Below are positions 31,409-41,230 of a stretch of DNA of 64,000 nt, piece after piece. This DNA is from an uncultured Chlamydiae bacterium. GTDB lineage: Bacteria; Chlamydiota; Chlamydiia; Chlamydiales; Parachlamydiaceae. The DNA lies in the NCBI GenBank assembly GCA_963830365.1, contig CAWHMU010000039.1:1-64000 (forward strand). Direction: 5' to 3'. The position numbers and the translations under genes are program-made. Under the pieces are notes generated by a model. The model was given only the letters and a program-made list of their open reading frames with translations. It was not told the DNA's origin and made no database searches. Every line of letters starts with the position of its first letter. Positions within the stretch are counted from its first letter, which is position 1.

Positions 31409-31936
31409 TTAAAAGGGCAATGGCTCTTCACCCGGCGCTGTCTGGGCATAGCGTGCGGCAGAACCCTGCTGCGGAGCGGCTCCATAGCTCTGTGAAGGGG
31501 CGCCAAAATCGCCATGCGAATCATTGACGTGCTGATCATTGCCATAGCCGCCTTGACCTGACTGAGCTGCACCACCATGCGTTTGCGTGGCTGAACTGCC
31601 CTGCTCGCCGGTGCGTTGATCCGGATTGCCGAATGGACTGAAACGCACGATATCAGCAGTGATTTCCAGAGACACTTGTGGACGCCCTTCTTTATCTGTC
31701 CAGATTTCGGGTTTACTCATTTCACCGACCACGATGAGCGCTGAGCCTTTTTTGAAATAGGGCAACATTTTGTCATAACGATCCCCCCAGATGGTCACAC
31801 GCCACCACACGGTCTCATCTTTGCCGCCTTTGCGCACATTGGTGGCCAGGGTTAAGTTGGTGACTTTCTGCCCTGATGGTGTAAAACGCGTCTCTGCATC
31901 ACGACCAAGACGGCCGGCAAGTTGTACGATAATCAT
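31409..31936 (-). CDS. ssb: Single-stranded DNA-binding protein
   Basis: OB fold (LAGRLGRDAE), Gly/Gln-rich linker, C-terminal acidic ...PLPF tip. Confidence 0.95.
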   Translation of the reverse strand: MIIVQLAGRLGRDAETRFTPSGQKVTNLTLATNVRKGGKDETVWWRVTIWGDRYDKMLPYFKKGSALIVVGEMSKPEIWTDKEGRPQVSLEITADIVRFSPFGNPDQRTGEQGSSATQTHGGAAQSGQGGYGNDQHVNDSHGDFGAPSQSYGAAPQQGSAARYAQTAPGEEPLPF

Positions 31937-32068
31937 AGTTCTTCCTCAAGCTTGTTTGGATTTATTAGCACACCGCTGCCATGCGACATTCATAGCGGAT
32001 TAGCACGATATTAGCATAAAAACGCCAATTTTAGAGAGAAAAATGGTGTCTATCTCTAAAAAATAAAA

Positions 32069-32098
32069 AAAACGCAAAATGTAGACATTTTGCGTTTT
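32069..32098 (-). terminator. Intrinsic terminator downstream of slc1
   Basis: AAAACGCAAAATGT-AG-ACATTTTGCGTTTT hairpin with U-tract on the minus strand. Confidence 0.65.
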
Positions 32099-32138
32099 AA
32101 ATGATGGATAAAGACTGGCTGCGGCCTAGAGCCTAAAC

Positions 32139-32639
32139 TTAGATCTTAATAAATCCTTGGCCTGGTTTGCCTGAATGCATGGAAGGCGGTGGAGTAGAGG
32201 CAGCTTTAGCGCCATCATCGCGTCCTTCGGATACTTCGGTACAAATCTTGCGCCATTTTTCAACGGTCTCGACATAAAGCGGGGCAAACGCACGCAGTGC
32301 AGATGGCACAGCATGTTCCATGTCGATTGTGCAGTGAATGAGGATCAGTTCCTCTTTAACAGCCACACCGACACCGCCGCCGGCCATTTGACCGCCGAGC
32401 ATGGAGCCTTCTAGCAGGCGTTCATAGAGGCGAAGTTTCGTTTTGTCGTCGCGGGGAAGTCCATCGAGCAGTGGCGAATAGAGGTAAAGACGCTTAGAAT
32501 TCGGTTCATAGGTAAGATGCAGCGAAAACTCATCATCAATGCCTAAGATACACGTATTATTTTCGTCAAATTCTAACCCTTCCAGGCCCAGTTCTTTACC
32601 AAATTCCTTAAGATTTTCTTTAGCATTTTCAAAAGACAT
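32139..32639 (-). CDS. slc1: T3SS class I effector chaperone Slc1 (CT043 homolog, CesT/SycE family)
   Basis: FDENNTCIL, FSLHLTYE, LLEGSMLGGQMAGGGVGVA; syntenic with ssb/pepA/glgX as in Chlamydia. Confidence 0.92.
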   Translation of the reverse strand: MSFENAKENLKEFGKELGLEGLEFDENNTCILGIDDEFSLHLTYEPNSKRLYLYSPLLDGLPRDDKTKLRLYERLLEGSMLGGQMAGGGVGVAVKEELILIHCTIDMEHAVPSALRAFAPLYVETVEKWRKICTEVSEGRDDGAKAASTPPPSMHSGKPGQGFIKI

Positions 32640-33185
32640 ATATACCTCCTAAGGGTAATTTTTTGTGGCGTCATAAAAATTTAAGCCGGTGAAGTTGACT
32701 GCACAAGCTCCATATTGGTACTTAGTGATCCCCTTCATAAGCATATTTTATAGACGCCAGAGGATGTTGTGGTCCATATTATATGCAATAATGCCACGAT
32801 GCCTCATTGCATTTTAAAAGTAAATGCTTTTGTAATTTTGCACCTACTGATCCATACATCCTGCTCTTAAAACCTCGCTTCATAAGCTTTATTGCTTACC
32901 TAGATTTGATTATAGATCTGACGCCATATTATTAACAACTTTTTAATAAAGCTTATTTTTAATAATCCTCAATAAACTATAAACAAATACTTTTCGACTA
33001 TCAACAAGAGACCGCCTGTATTTCGCTAAAAGTTAACCGTAAAGTACTTATAATTCTGCGAGCATGCGTGTACGGCGTTGCTGGCATCCCCTTCCTGCCT
33101 ATACAAACTCACACTTGCCCTTTGTGCATAATTGCCATTTACGCTATATGGATGGATTCGCAGCGCAATCAAAGAAGTCTGTTTT

Positions 33186-35228
33186 ATGGCCAACCCCCAG
33201 AAATTTACGACCAGCAAGGGAAAACCCTATCCATTCGGCATCTCGGCCAATGATGAAGGCTTGAATTTCGCCTTAACCTCAAAGCATGCCCGCGCAGTGA
33301 CGCTATGTCTCTTTGATCGGGAAACAAAGCTGCTTGTCTTAGAAATCCCCTTGTTGCCCCAAAACAACAAAACCGGCCATGTATGGCATATCCACCTGCA
33401 AGGTCTTCGCGACAATATGGTCTATGCTTATCGCGTATTGCCTCCGGCCGGAAACATGCAAGAGCTGCTATTGGATCCCTATGCCAAAGCTGTTGCCACA
33501 CCGCATGCCTGGGGTGGAAATTGCAGTCTGGCAGAGGCCCCCAAAAACCACTATGTCCCTTATGGAGAAATCCTGCCGGCCACGACTTTCGACTGGGGCA
33601 CAGATTCTCAGCTGCATATTCCTTTGGCCGATCTCGTGATCTATGAAATGCATGTCAGGGCCTTCACAATTCATCCCTCCAGCAAGGTCGCTCATCCCGG
33701 CACATACCTCGGTGTCATTGAAAAGATTCCCCATCTGCTAGAGCTTGGCGTCAATGCGGTCGAGCTTATGCCCATGCAGGAATTTAATGAACTCGAATAC
33801 GCCCGGGCACATCCAACGGCGCCAAAGCTGCTGTACAATTTCTGGGGGTATTCAACCGTAAATTTTTTTTCACCTATGAATCGCTATGCCACCTCCGATG
33901 CCCGCGGAGCCGCGGTTGAAGAATTTAAAACCATGGTACGGGAGTTGCACCGCCATGGCATCGAAATCATCCTCGACATCGTCTTCAACCACACTGCCGA
34001 AGGCAATGAAAACGGCCCTATTATCTCCTTCAAAGGCATAGACAACGCCATTTACTACATGCTGGACCACCATCTCTACCGCGATTTTACCGGCTGCGGC
34101 AACACTGTCAATACCAACCATGCCGCTGTACAGGAACTCATCATTAACTGCCTGCGGTATTGGGTCACCGAAATGCATGTCGACGGCTTCCGCTTCGACC
34201 TGGCGTCCATATTCAGCCGCGACAGCAAGGGAATCCCCCTATCGCTTGCGCCTATCGTCAAGGCCATCACCGAAGATCCCATCCTGGCGGACACGAAATT
34301 GATTGCCGAACCATGGGACGCCGCCGGCTTATATCAAGTCGGCAGTTTTGCCGGCAAATCTCCCCGCTGGCTGGAATGGAATGATAAATACCGCGATTGC
34401 GTGCGCCGCTTTATCAAGGGCATGCCAGGTACAAATGGCGACTTTGCCAAACGATTATCCGGGTCTGAGGACCTCTATCACGATCGAAGTCCATGCCATA
34501 GCATTAACTTCGTCACGGCGCATGACGGCTTCACCCTGGCAGACCTGGTTTCTTACAATATGAAGCATAATATGGACAATGGCGAGCAAAACCAGGATGG
34601 CACCAACCACAACGAAAGCTGGAACCACGGCATCGAAGGCCCAACGGACGATCCAGCCATCCTGCAGTTGCGCCGCCAACAGATGCGCAATTTGCATCTG
34701 GCGCTTATGCTATCACAAGGCACTCCCATGTTGTTGATGGGCGATGAATACGCCCATTCCAAAAACGGCAACAATAACACCTGGTGCCATGACAGCGAAT
34801 TGAATTGGTTCCTGTGGGACAGGCTGCAAGCTAACAGTGGCTTCCTGCGTTTTTATAAAGGGCTGATCCGCTTTCGAAAGCAGCATCCGATAGTAAGGCG
34901 AAACACCTTTTTGACTGCTGATGATATCGACTGGCATGGTGTCAGACCAATGCAAATAGAATGGCATAGCAACCTTGCCCTGGTGGCCTTCACACTCAAA
35001 GACCATGAAAACAGAAATGATCTATATGCTGCTTTCAACGCCCAGCATGCGGCGCTATCCATCCAACTGCCAGCGCCGCCGGAAGGAAAAAGCTGGCATT
35101 GGGTGGTCGATACCGCCGCCCCGTCGCCTAACGACTTTTTTGCTGATGGACAAGGCCCCATTATGAAAGATAATATCTTCACCATGACCCCCTATTCGGC
35201 AATCCTGCTTGAAGCCCTCCCAGCCTAA
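33186..35228 (+). CDS. glgX: Glycogen debranching enzyme (isoamylase, GH13)
   Basis: DPYAK, IYEMHVR, DIVFNHT, DGFRFDLA, IAEPWD, TAHDGFTL. Confidence 0.97.
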   Translation: MANPQKFTTSKGKPYPFGISANDEGLNFALTSKHARAVTLCLFDRETKLLVLEIPLLPQNNKTGHVWHIHLQGLRDNMVYAYRVLPPAGNMQELLLDPYAKAVATPHAWGGNCSLAEAPKNHYVPYGEILPATTFDWGTDSQLHIPLADLVIYEMHVRAFTIHPSSKVAHPGTYLGVIEKIPHLLELGVNAVELMPMQEFNELEYARAHPTAPKLLYNFWGYSTVNFFSPMNRYATSDARGAAVEEFKTMVRELHRHGIEIILDIVFNHTAEGNENGPIISFKGIDNAIYYMLDHHLYRDFTGCGNTVNTNHAAVQELIINCLRYWVTEMHVDGFRFDLASIFSRDSKGIPLSLAPIVKAITEDPILADTKLIAEPWDAAGLYQVGSFAGKSPRWLEWNDKYRDCVRRFIKGMPGTNGDFAKRLSGSEDLYHDRSPCHSINFVTAHDGFTLADLVSYNMKHNMDNGEQNQDGTNHNESWNHGIEGPTDDPAILQLRRQQMRNLHLALMLSQGTPMLLMGDEYAHSKNGNNNTWCHDSELNWFLWDRLQANSGFLRFYKGLIRFRKQHPIVRRNTFLTADDIDWHGVRPMQIEWHSNLALVAFTLKDHENRNDLYAAFNAQHAALSIQLPAPPEGKSWHWVVDTAAPSPNDFFADGQGPIMKDNIFTMTPYSAILLEALPA

Positions 35229-35236
35229 TGCACAGG

Positions 35237-35311
35237 AATTCACCACAGAGACACCGAGACACAGAGAAGCAATGGGGACGGTTTCTCTTTGTCACTGTGA
35301 CTCTGTGGTAA
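35237..35311. repeat. CACAGAG-type inverted-repeat element
   Basis: AATTCACCACAGAGACACCGAGACACAGAGAA / TTCTCTTTGTCACTGTGACTCTGTGGTAA. Confidence 0.8.
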
Positions 35312-35345
35312 AAAATGTGCTTAATTCTGTAAAACACTCCATCTC

Positions 35346-35374
35346 TTGCACTTAAAAACACGTATCGCTATGCT
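35346..35374 (+). promoter_or_regulatory. Sigma66/sigma70-type promoter for the Inc-like gene
   Basis: TTGCAC-N17-TATGCT. Confidence 0.55.
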
Positions 35375-35401
35375 TATGGCTTAAATTTAAGGAGCTTGCC
35401 T

Positions 35402-36070
35402 ATGTCTTCAATCCAAACTAATCCATCCCGCCTGCAGGCAGTATTTTTTCCAAAAGCTCCGGAAACAATGGATTTTCCTTCGGCCATCACCGCCCTTGAC
35501 AGCCAGCGCCTGGCACGCATCACCAAAATCGCCATCTATGCCTTGGCCACCATCGCCACCGTCGCCACCTTGGTTTTGACTGAAGCTGCCGTCATTGCCT
35601 GGCCCATCGCCCTGCCGATCATCGCCGTCACGCTCATCGCCTGGGCGGTTTTTTATCATTTAAACAGCCACGATGATACCTATCTTGGACCGCTTGATGC
35701 CCAGACGCTGGCCATGCTGGCCAAAAAAGAATTGGAAGGAGTGTTTAATTGGCCTGCCGCCGTCAAAACGGCTGCGGAAATTGAACGCACCATAAGCGAT
35801 GCGCATAAATTACTGGGACGCCAGGTCTTTTCGCCAGCTTTCATCCAAAAAATTACCGAAAAGCACCTCAATGCTGGCAAAGAAGAAGCAACGGCCACCG
35901 ATGGGGCTGCCCCGACAGAAAATCCGCTGCGCATCGACTGCCAAGAAGAATGGCCAGAAATTCGAGGCTTCGGCCTTGCCAAGCACAACTGCACCTTAAA
36001 AGTATCATGGAGCGGCCTCCCGGGCGAACCCCTGGAAGTCGACTTCAAGAAAACCGTCGCCGAAAAATAA
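35402..36070 (+). CDS. Inclusion-membrane (Inc)-like protein
   Basis: Ser/Thr/Pro-rich N-terminus then bilobed hydrophobic hairpin IAIYALATIATVATLVL-TEA-AVIAWPIALPIIAVTLIAWAVF; AAGGAG RBS. Confidence 0.7.
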   Translation: MSSIQTNPSRLQAVFFPKAPETMDFPSAITALDSQRLARITKIAIYALATIATVATLVLTEAAVIAWPIALPIIAVTLIAWAVFYHLNSHDDTYLGPLDAQTLAMLAKKELEGVFNWPAAVKTAAEIERTISDAHKLLGRQVFSPAFIQKITEKHLNAGKEEATATDGAAPTENPLRIDCQEEWPEIRGFGLAKHNCTLKVSWSGLPGEPLEVDFKKTVAEK

Positions 36071-36087
36071 TCTGAAAGTACTAAAAT

Positions 36088-36212
36088 ATTCACCACAGAG
36101 GCACAGAGAAAAGAAACAACGGGCTACTTTCTTTCGTCATTTTCTTCTAACGTCTTTTATAAAAAGTATTCGTTTCTCAATTTATTTCTCTGTGTCTCTG
36201 TGCCACTGTAGT
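36088..36212. repeat. CACAGAG-type inverted-repeat element
   Basis: ATTCACCACAGAGGCACAGAGAA / TTCTCTGTGTCTCTGTGCCACTGTAGT. Confidence 0.8.
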
Positions 36213-36237
36213 CTAGCCCTAAACCTAGCCGCAATAG

Positions 36238-37107
36238 TTATTCCGTATAGTGGATCAACTCGATTTTAACGCCGGGAAATGCTTTGGCAAGAATCTGCGC
36301 GGCATGCTCGCCATGCTGTGCCATGGCAGCAGCTTCAGCCAGCGTAATCTGCGATACGACAGTCTCTTTCAAAGCCGGCATGGCGGCACCATCCTGCTTC
36401 CATTCGGCAGGAAAGGCGACCACATTTTCATCATTAGGCGTTGAGCGGCTCATCACCATATAGCGCGTGGCTTTGATTGCCTTTTCGATATCGCTGCCCT
36501 GATCGATGGCCGCATATCCCTGATAACCTGTTTTCGAACCATCTACCGACCAATATTGGTTTTTTGGATTTTCCACGCGATAGTAGGCGGCGCTGCGGGC
36601 TGCAATGGCTATGGCGTTAAGCAATTCATCGGGCATCTGCCGGTAGCGCTGGGCAAGGCTTGAAGACAGGTAATCTTCGATGCTCACCTGATTGATGATG
36701 CTAATGCTGCCGCCGATGTCATAGATATAAATCGGACCGCGGTATTCCACACCGTCTACGATCGCCGTGGTATTTACATCATCGGGCACAATCATCAGCT
36801 GGTGTATGCCGGGGAATTCCTCACCCCATTTCAGACCATCGCTGACAGCCTGGATGAATTTGCGCTTGCCGGTGAAGCGCGTACTGATATGATTGCCAGT
36901 ATGGGGATCGAAAATTTTGTATTTGCCTTTCACTTCAAGGACAACGCCTTGCTTGTCGTTGACGACCAAGACCTTTATCGTCGGCGGCGCTACAGCGGCC
37001 GGCCGGCGGAAATATCCAGACACATTATCCCAGAAGCCTGCTTGCAAAGGAGCGCTCATGGTCCCACAGACAAGCACAAGACATACTATTCTCAGCGCCA
37101 CATTCAT
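36238..37107 (-). CDS. SpoIID/LytB-domain peptidoglycan-remodelling protein (CT041 homolog)
   Basis: Signal peptide; YRG...INQVSIEDYL...AIAIAARS...YQG...AIKAT; syntenic with glgX/ruvB. Confidence 0.82.
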   Translation of the reverse strand: MNVALRIVCLVLVCGTMSAPLQAGFWDNVSGYFRRPAAVAPPTIKVLVVNDKQGVVLEVKGKYKIFDPHTGNHISTRFTGKRKFIQAVSDGLKWGEEFPGIHQLMIVPDDVNTTAIVDGVEYRGPIYIYDIGGSISIINQVSIEDYLSSSLAQRYRQMPDELLNAIAIAARSAAYYRVENPKNQYWSVDGSKTGYQGYAAIDQGSDIEKAIKATRYMVMSRSTPNDENVVAFPAEWKQDGAAMPALKETVVSQITLAEAAAMAQHGEHAAQILAKAFPGVKIELIHYTE

Positions 37108-37140
37108 AATCTTTACTCCATAAAACATTTTAAATATCGT

Positions 37141-38130
37141 TTAAATCCGTCCCAAATGCTGATAAGCCAAGGGCGTCACTTCGCGGCCCCGCGGCGTGCG
37201 CTTAAGGAAGCCCTGCATGATCAGATAGGGTTCATATACTTCTTCGATAGTGGCAGATTCTTCCCCGACGGCGGCGGCGATGGCTGTAAGGCCGGCCGGG
37301 CCGCCTTGATAATGGTCGATCAGCACCTCTAAAATTCTTTTATCCATCTCGTCCAAACCCTTTTCGTCGATGGCCAGCATGTTTAGGGCCCGGTCGGCAA
37401 CGTCGCGGTCGATGATATTCTTCGTACGCATCTGCGCAAAATCGCGCACCCAGCGCAGCAGGTTGATAGCCACCCGCGGCGTGCCGCGCGCCCGGCGGGC
37501 GATCTCCATGGCGGCTTCGCCATCCAGCTCGACATTGAGGATGCGTCCCGTGCGCTGTAGAATTTTGGCGATCAGCAAGGGTTGATAGTAGTCCAGCCTG
37601 CAGCTGAAGCCAAAGCGCGAGCGCAAAGGACCTGAAAGCAGTCCGACGCGCGTGGTGGCACCGGCCAGCGTAAAATGGTTGAGCTTCACCTGTACGCTGC
37701 GGGCGCTTGGTCCTGAGTCGATCATCAGGTCGAGCACAAAATCTTCCATAGCAGGATATAGATATTCTTCGGCTGCGCGGTTTAGGCGGTGAAGTTCGTC
37801 GATGAAGAGGATGTCGCCGGTCTGCAGGTGCGTTAAGATGCCGGCCAGATCGCCGGGCTTTTCGATGACGGCGCCTGAAGTCACCACGATATTTGTCCCC
37901 ATGGATTTGGCAAGGATATTTGCCAGCGTCGTCTTGCCAAGGCCTGGGGGACCGCTGAATAAACAATGGCTCAAAGGCTCATTGCGCAGCTTGGCGGCGC
38001 CGATCATCACCTCCAGCCTCTCGCGGATGATATCCTGACCGGAGAAATCGTCCAGCGATTGCGGCCTGAGTGGTATTTCGAACGATTCGTCGACCTTTGA
38101 TAAGGATGATTCGATAAAAGTCTTATTCAT
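37141..38130 (-). CDS. ruvB: Holliday junction branch migration helicase RuvB
   Basis: LRPQSLDDFSGQ, GPPGLGKTT, FIDELHRL, GATTR, RGTPR, EPYL, RTPRGR. Confidence 0.98.
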   Translation of the reverse strand: MNKTFIESSLSKVDESFEIPLRPQSLDDFSGQDIIRERLEVMIGAAKLRNEPLSHCLFSGPPGLGKTTLANILAKSMGTNIVVTSGAVIEKPGDLAGILTHLQTGDILFIDELHRLNRAAEEYLYPAMEDFVLDLMIDSGPSARSVQVKLNHFTLAGATTRVGLLSGPLRSRFGFSCRLDYYQPLLIAKILQRTGRILNVELDGEAAMEIARRARGTPRVAINLLRWVRDFAQMRTKNIIDRDVADRALNMLAIDEKGLDEMDKRILEVLIDHYQGGPAGLTAIAAAVGEESATIEEVYEPYLIMQGFLKRTPRGREVTPLAYQHLGRI

Positions 38131-38140
38131 AAAGCGATTC

Positions 38141-39499
38141 TCAACCAAACAAGCCAAAAGCATTTAGAAAAACAAATACTATTAATAAGGGGGCGGCGTA
38201 TTTAAAGCAAAACCAAAAATAGCCGGTCAGCCAAGGGCGCCGCTCAAAAAGATCGACTGAGCCTTGTTTAAGCTGCGCTAACGCCTTCGGCACGCCCCAT
38301 TTCCACCCTACCAGCAGCACGGCACATAAGCCGCCCAAAGGTATCAGGATGCTCGTGGCCAGAAAATCCATCATATCAAGAAAGGTGATTCCGGCAATGG
38401 TATAATCTTTCAATAGACTATACGATAGTGCCGAAGGTAGGCCCAATGCAAAAGCTCCCAGCCCGCAGGCCAATACCGCCGACCTGCGCTGCCACCCCCA
38501 CTCGTCTATCAGATAGGCGATCGTCGGTTCCATAGCCGAAATTTCGGAAGTCAACGCCGCCAGCATCACCAGCAGAAAAAACATGATGGCGATAAAGTGC
38601 CCCCAGGGAATCTGACTGAACACCCACGGCAGCGTATGAAAGATGAGGCCGGGTCCTGAATCGGGTTCAATGCCGACAGAAAAGACGATGGTAAAGATGG
38701 CCACAGCCGACATTAAAGAAATCAGTGTATCCATGGCTACGACAGGCAGGCAGCTCTTTAGGATATTCTCCTGCTTGCCGAGATAACTGCCATAGGTGAC
38801 CATCGTCCCCTGTCCCAAACTCAGCGTGAAAAATGCCTGCCCGAGGGCGATCAAGATGGTCTTGGGCGTGAGAGCGCTCCACTGCGGCGTGAACAGAAAA
38901 GCCAGCCCCTTGCCGGCCTGCGGCATCGATAGACCCCTGATCACCAGGAAGATAAGCACCGCAATCAGCATCGGCATCATGATCTTGTTGCCGCGCTCGA
39001 TGCCGGCGCGCACGCCTAAAAGCAACACGCTGACACACAATACGAGAAAACAAACGTGAAAGGATAAACCCCACCAAGGATTCTCCATCAGGCTCTGATG
39101 GTGTACCACTACTGCCTCGGCGGTCGCAAAGCTTGACGCACGGCCGCTGATGGCTTCAATCAAATATCCAAGGATCCAGCCGGCCACGGCGCTATAGAAG
39201 GCACTGACAATAAAGCCTGTGGCAATCGTTAGCTTGCCGGCCCACGCCCATCGGGGGCCGCCTAGCTGGGCGAAGGCCCCGCTTGGACTTGTCTGGGTGG
39301 TCCGGCCAATCAGGATTTCGGAGATAAAAACCGGAAAGCCGATCAGCAATAGGCAAAGCAGGTAAACAGCAATGAAGGCCGCTCCGCCGTTTTGGCCGAC
39401 GACATACGGAAAGCGCCAGATATTGGCCAACCCCACGGCCGATCCTGCCACTGCAAAAATAAACCCAAGGCGTGATCCCCAGGAAGCGCGACTACTCAT
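38141..39499 (-). CDS. Sodium-dependent transporter (NSS/SNF family)
   Basis: GSAVGLANIWRFPY, GGAAF, GQAFFTLSLG, GPGLIF. Confidence 0.93.
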   Translation of the reverse strand: MSSRASWGSRLGFIFAVAGSAVGLANIWRFPYVVGQNGGAAFIAVYLLCLLLIGFPVFISEILIGRTTQTSPSGAFAQLGGPRWAWAGKLTIATGFIVSAFYSAVAGWILGYLIEAISGRASSFATAEAVVVHHQSLMENPWWGLSFHVCFLVLCVSVLLLGVRAGIERGNKIMMPMLIAVLIFLVIRGLSMPQAGKGLAFLFTPQWSALTPKTILIALGQAFFTLSLGQGTMVTYGSYLGKQENILKSCLPVVAMDTLISLMSAVAIFTIVFSVGIEPDSGPGLIFHTLPWVFSQIPWGHFIAIMFFLLVMLAALTSEISAMEPTIAYLIDEWGWQRRSAVLACGLGAFALGLPSALSYSLLKDYTIAGITFLDMMDFLATSILIPLGGLCAVLLVGWKWGVPKALAQLKQGSVDLFERRPWLTGYFWFCFKYAAPLLIVFVFLNAFGLFG

Positions 39500-39601
39500 A
39501 ATTTCTGAAAATCCTGTGAAATTTATCAAAGATTATAGGCAGCCAGCCCAAAAGATGAAAGGAAAATTGTCTTGACCGAAAACCAAATTTTTGAAGAAAG
39601 T

Positions 39602-39700
39602 CGGACTAGGCGGACTGAGAGCATGTGACTAACCTAGCGGACTTAGCGGAGCGCTGGCATAATCATATCATCCGCAGGTCCGACTCGTCCGCTGCATCCG
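39602..39700. repeat. CGGAC-type periodic inverted-repeat element
   Basis: CGGACTAGGCGGACT...AGCGGACTTAGCGGA / TCCGCAGGTCCGACTCGTCCGCTGCATCCG. Confidence 0.55.
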
Positions 39701-39997
39701 TGGCTTGAAAAACCAAATACTCCCAAACACAATTACCAAATGAAAGGCAAAGCTGAGGCGATAAAGAGAAATCGACTTTGGCGGCAAGCAAAATTTTTAA
39801 GGCTGCAGACCAAATAGATTCATTTCACAATCTAAATCGTCGGCGACATCCATTTTCTTAACACTATCTTAATAAAGAAACTCTCTTTAATTATATTGTG
39901 ATGCGCATTTTTGTTTTTTTCTTCTACCAAAGCATGGCTTGTGCTAAGCTGGTAAATCAACTTGGGTGGTATCCACCAAAGACTAAGGAGAATGGCT

Positions 39998-40525
39998 ATG
40001 TCAGATTCACAAAATCCTATCCATAATGTACTGAGCGATGCTGTAGCGACTGTTAACGGCGACGATCATTCGGGGATGTCACTCGAATCGATGGCGCTGC
40101 TCATCAATACCGACCGCCTGAAAAGACTGGAAAACAAGATCACCAACGAATTCGTCGAATTGAAAAAACGCCAAGACCAGGTGACGCTGCTGCATAAGAT
40201 CATCAAAGCCATCAATGCAGCCACTGTGAATGGCGAATTCGACTGCACTAAAAATCAGGAACTCAAAGACCTGCTCGATAAGGCTAAAGAGTACGGCGTC
40301 GATGTCAAAGACGGCAAATACAAATATACCAGCGATGAACGCGACCGCCTGATCGAAAACGTGCGTCTGACGGCCGACGACTTCAATGTGCTCAACGACA
40401 TGCAACTGCAGACCGTCTCACGCTTAACTACCGAACGCTACGAATCATACCAGCTGGCACGCGCCATCATGAAGCCGCTACACGAAGACAAAATCACTAA
40501 AGCCCGCGCCATTGCCGGCAAATAA
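39998..40525 (+). CDS. Bsp22/EspA/SseB-like T3SS tip/filament protein
   Basis: SLESMALLINTDRLKRLE N-helix and NDMQLQTVSRLTTERYESYQL C-helix resemble Bsp22-type proteins; first gene of the translocon operon; AAGGAG RBS. Confidence 0.65.
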   Translation: MSDSQNPIHNVLSDAVATVNGDDHSGMSLESMALLINTDRLKRLENKITNEFVELKKRQDQVTLLHKIIKAINAATVNGEFDCTKNQELKDLLDKAKEYGVDVKDGKYKYTSDERDRLIENVRLTADDFNVLNDMQLQTVSRLTTERYESYQLARAIMKPLHEDKITKARAIAGK

Positions 40526-40546
40526 GCCAAGACACATAGATCCACT

Positions 40547-41230
40547 ATGGAAACCACTATGGAAAACCAAGCGCTGATTTCATCCATTAAAGCCCTACTG
40601 GAAGCACAACCAGGCACACTGCCGCAACTTTCGCCGGAAGTCCTGTCCACTTTGTATGGCATGGCCTATCAGTTCTACCGCAACGGCAAATATGACGAAG
40701 CTAAACAGTTCTTCCGCTTCCTGACACATGCCAACACCCATGACCGCAGATTTTGGATGGGCCTGGCAGCCTCCCTCCACATGCTGAAAGAACATGCTGC
40801 CGCCATCGAATGCTATAGCGTCGCCGCCATCCAAAATCCTGACGACCCTTATACCCATTGGCATGCCGCCGAATGCTTTTTCGCCCTCGGCAATCAGCCT
40901 GAAGCCATAATTGCTTTAGAATCTGCGCTCGCTGTTGCCAGAAATGATGAAAAACATTACCCTCTAGTTGTGCAACTAGAACTGATCAAAAAGACTTGGT
41001 CCAAAACAACGACACGAGATATCCCTGAAGGAATCTGCCAAGGAAACTTCCAGAGGAGACAACCAATGACTGATCCTATCAGCGCCAGAACCTCCCCCCT
41101 AGCCTGGCCGGACTATGCTGCCAACGAAACCCCGCTAAAACAAGCCGCCGAACGCTCGACCAGCACCGAGGCTGAAGTTGCATCGCTCTACTACCAAAGC
41201 TCTATCCAGTCGCTAACCCCCCCCCCTTAA
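40547..41230 (+). CDS. SycD/LcrH-family T3SS translocator chaperone (Scc3-like); true stop probably 41069
   Basis: LYGMAYQFYRNGKY..A...F..L, FWMGLA, AIECY, DPYTHWHAAECF TPRs; as assembled it reads in-frame into the next gene's N-terminus. Confidence 0.88.
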   Translation: METTMENQALISSIKALLEAQPGTLPQLSPEVLSTLYGMAYQFYRNGKYDEAKQFFRFLTHANTHDRRFWMGLAASLHMLKEHAAAIECYSVAAIQNPDDPYTHWHAAECFFALGNQPEAIIALESALAVARNDEKHYPLVVQLELIKKTWSKTTTRDIPEGICQGNFQRRQPMTDPISARTSPLAWPDYAANETPLKQAAERSTSTEAEVASLYYQSSIQSLTPPP

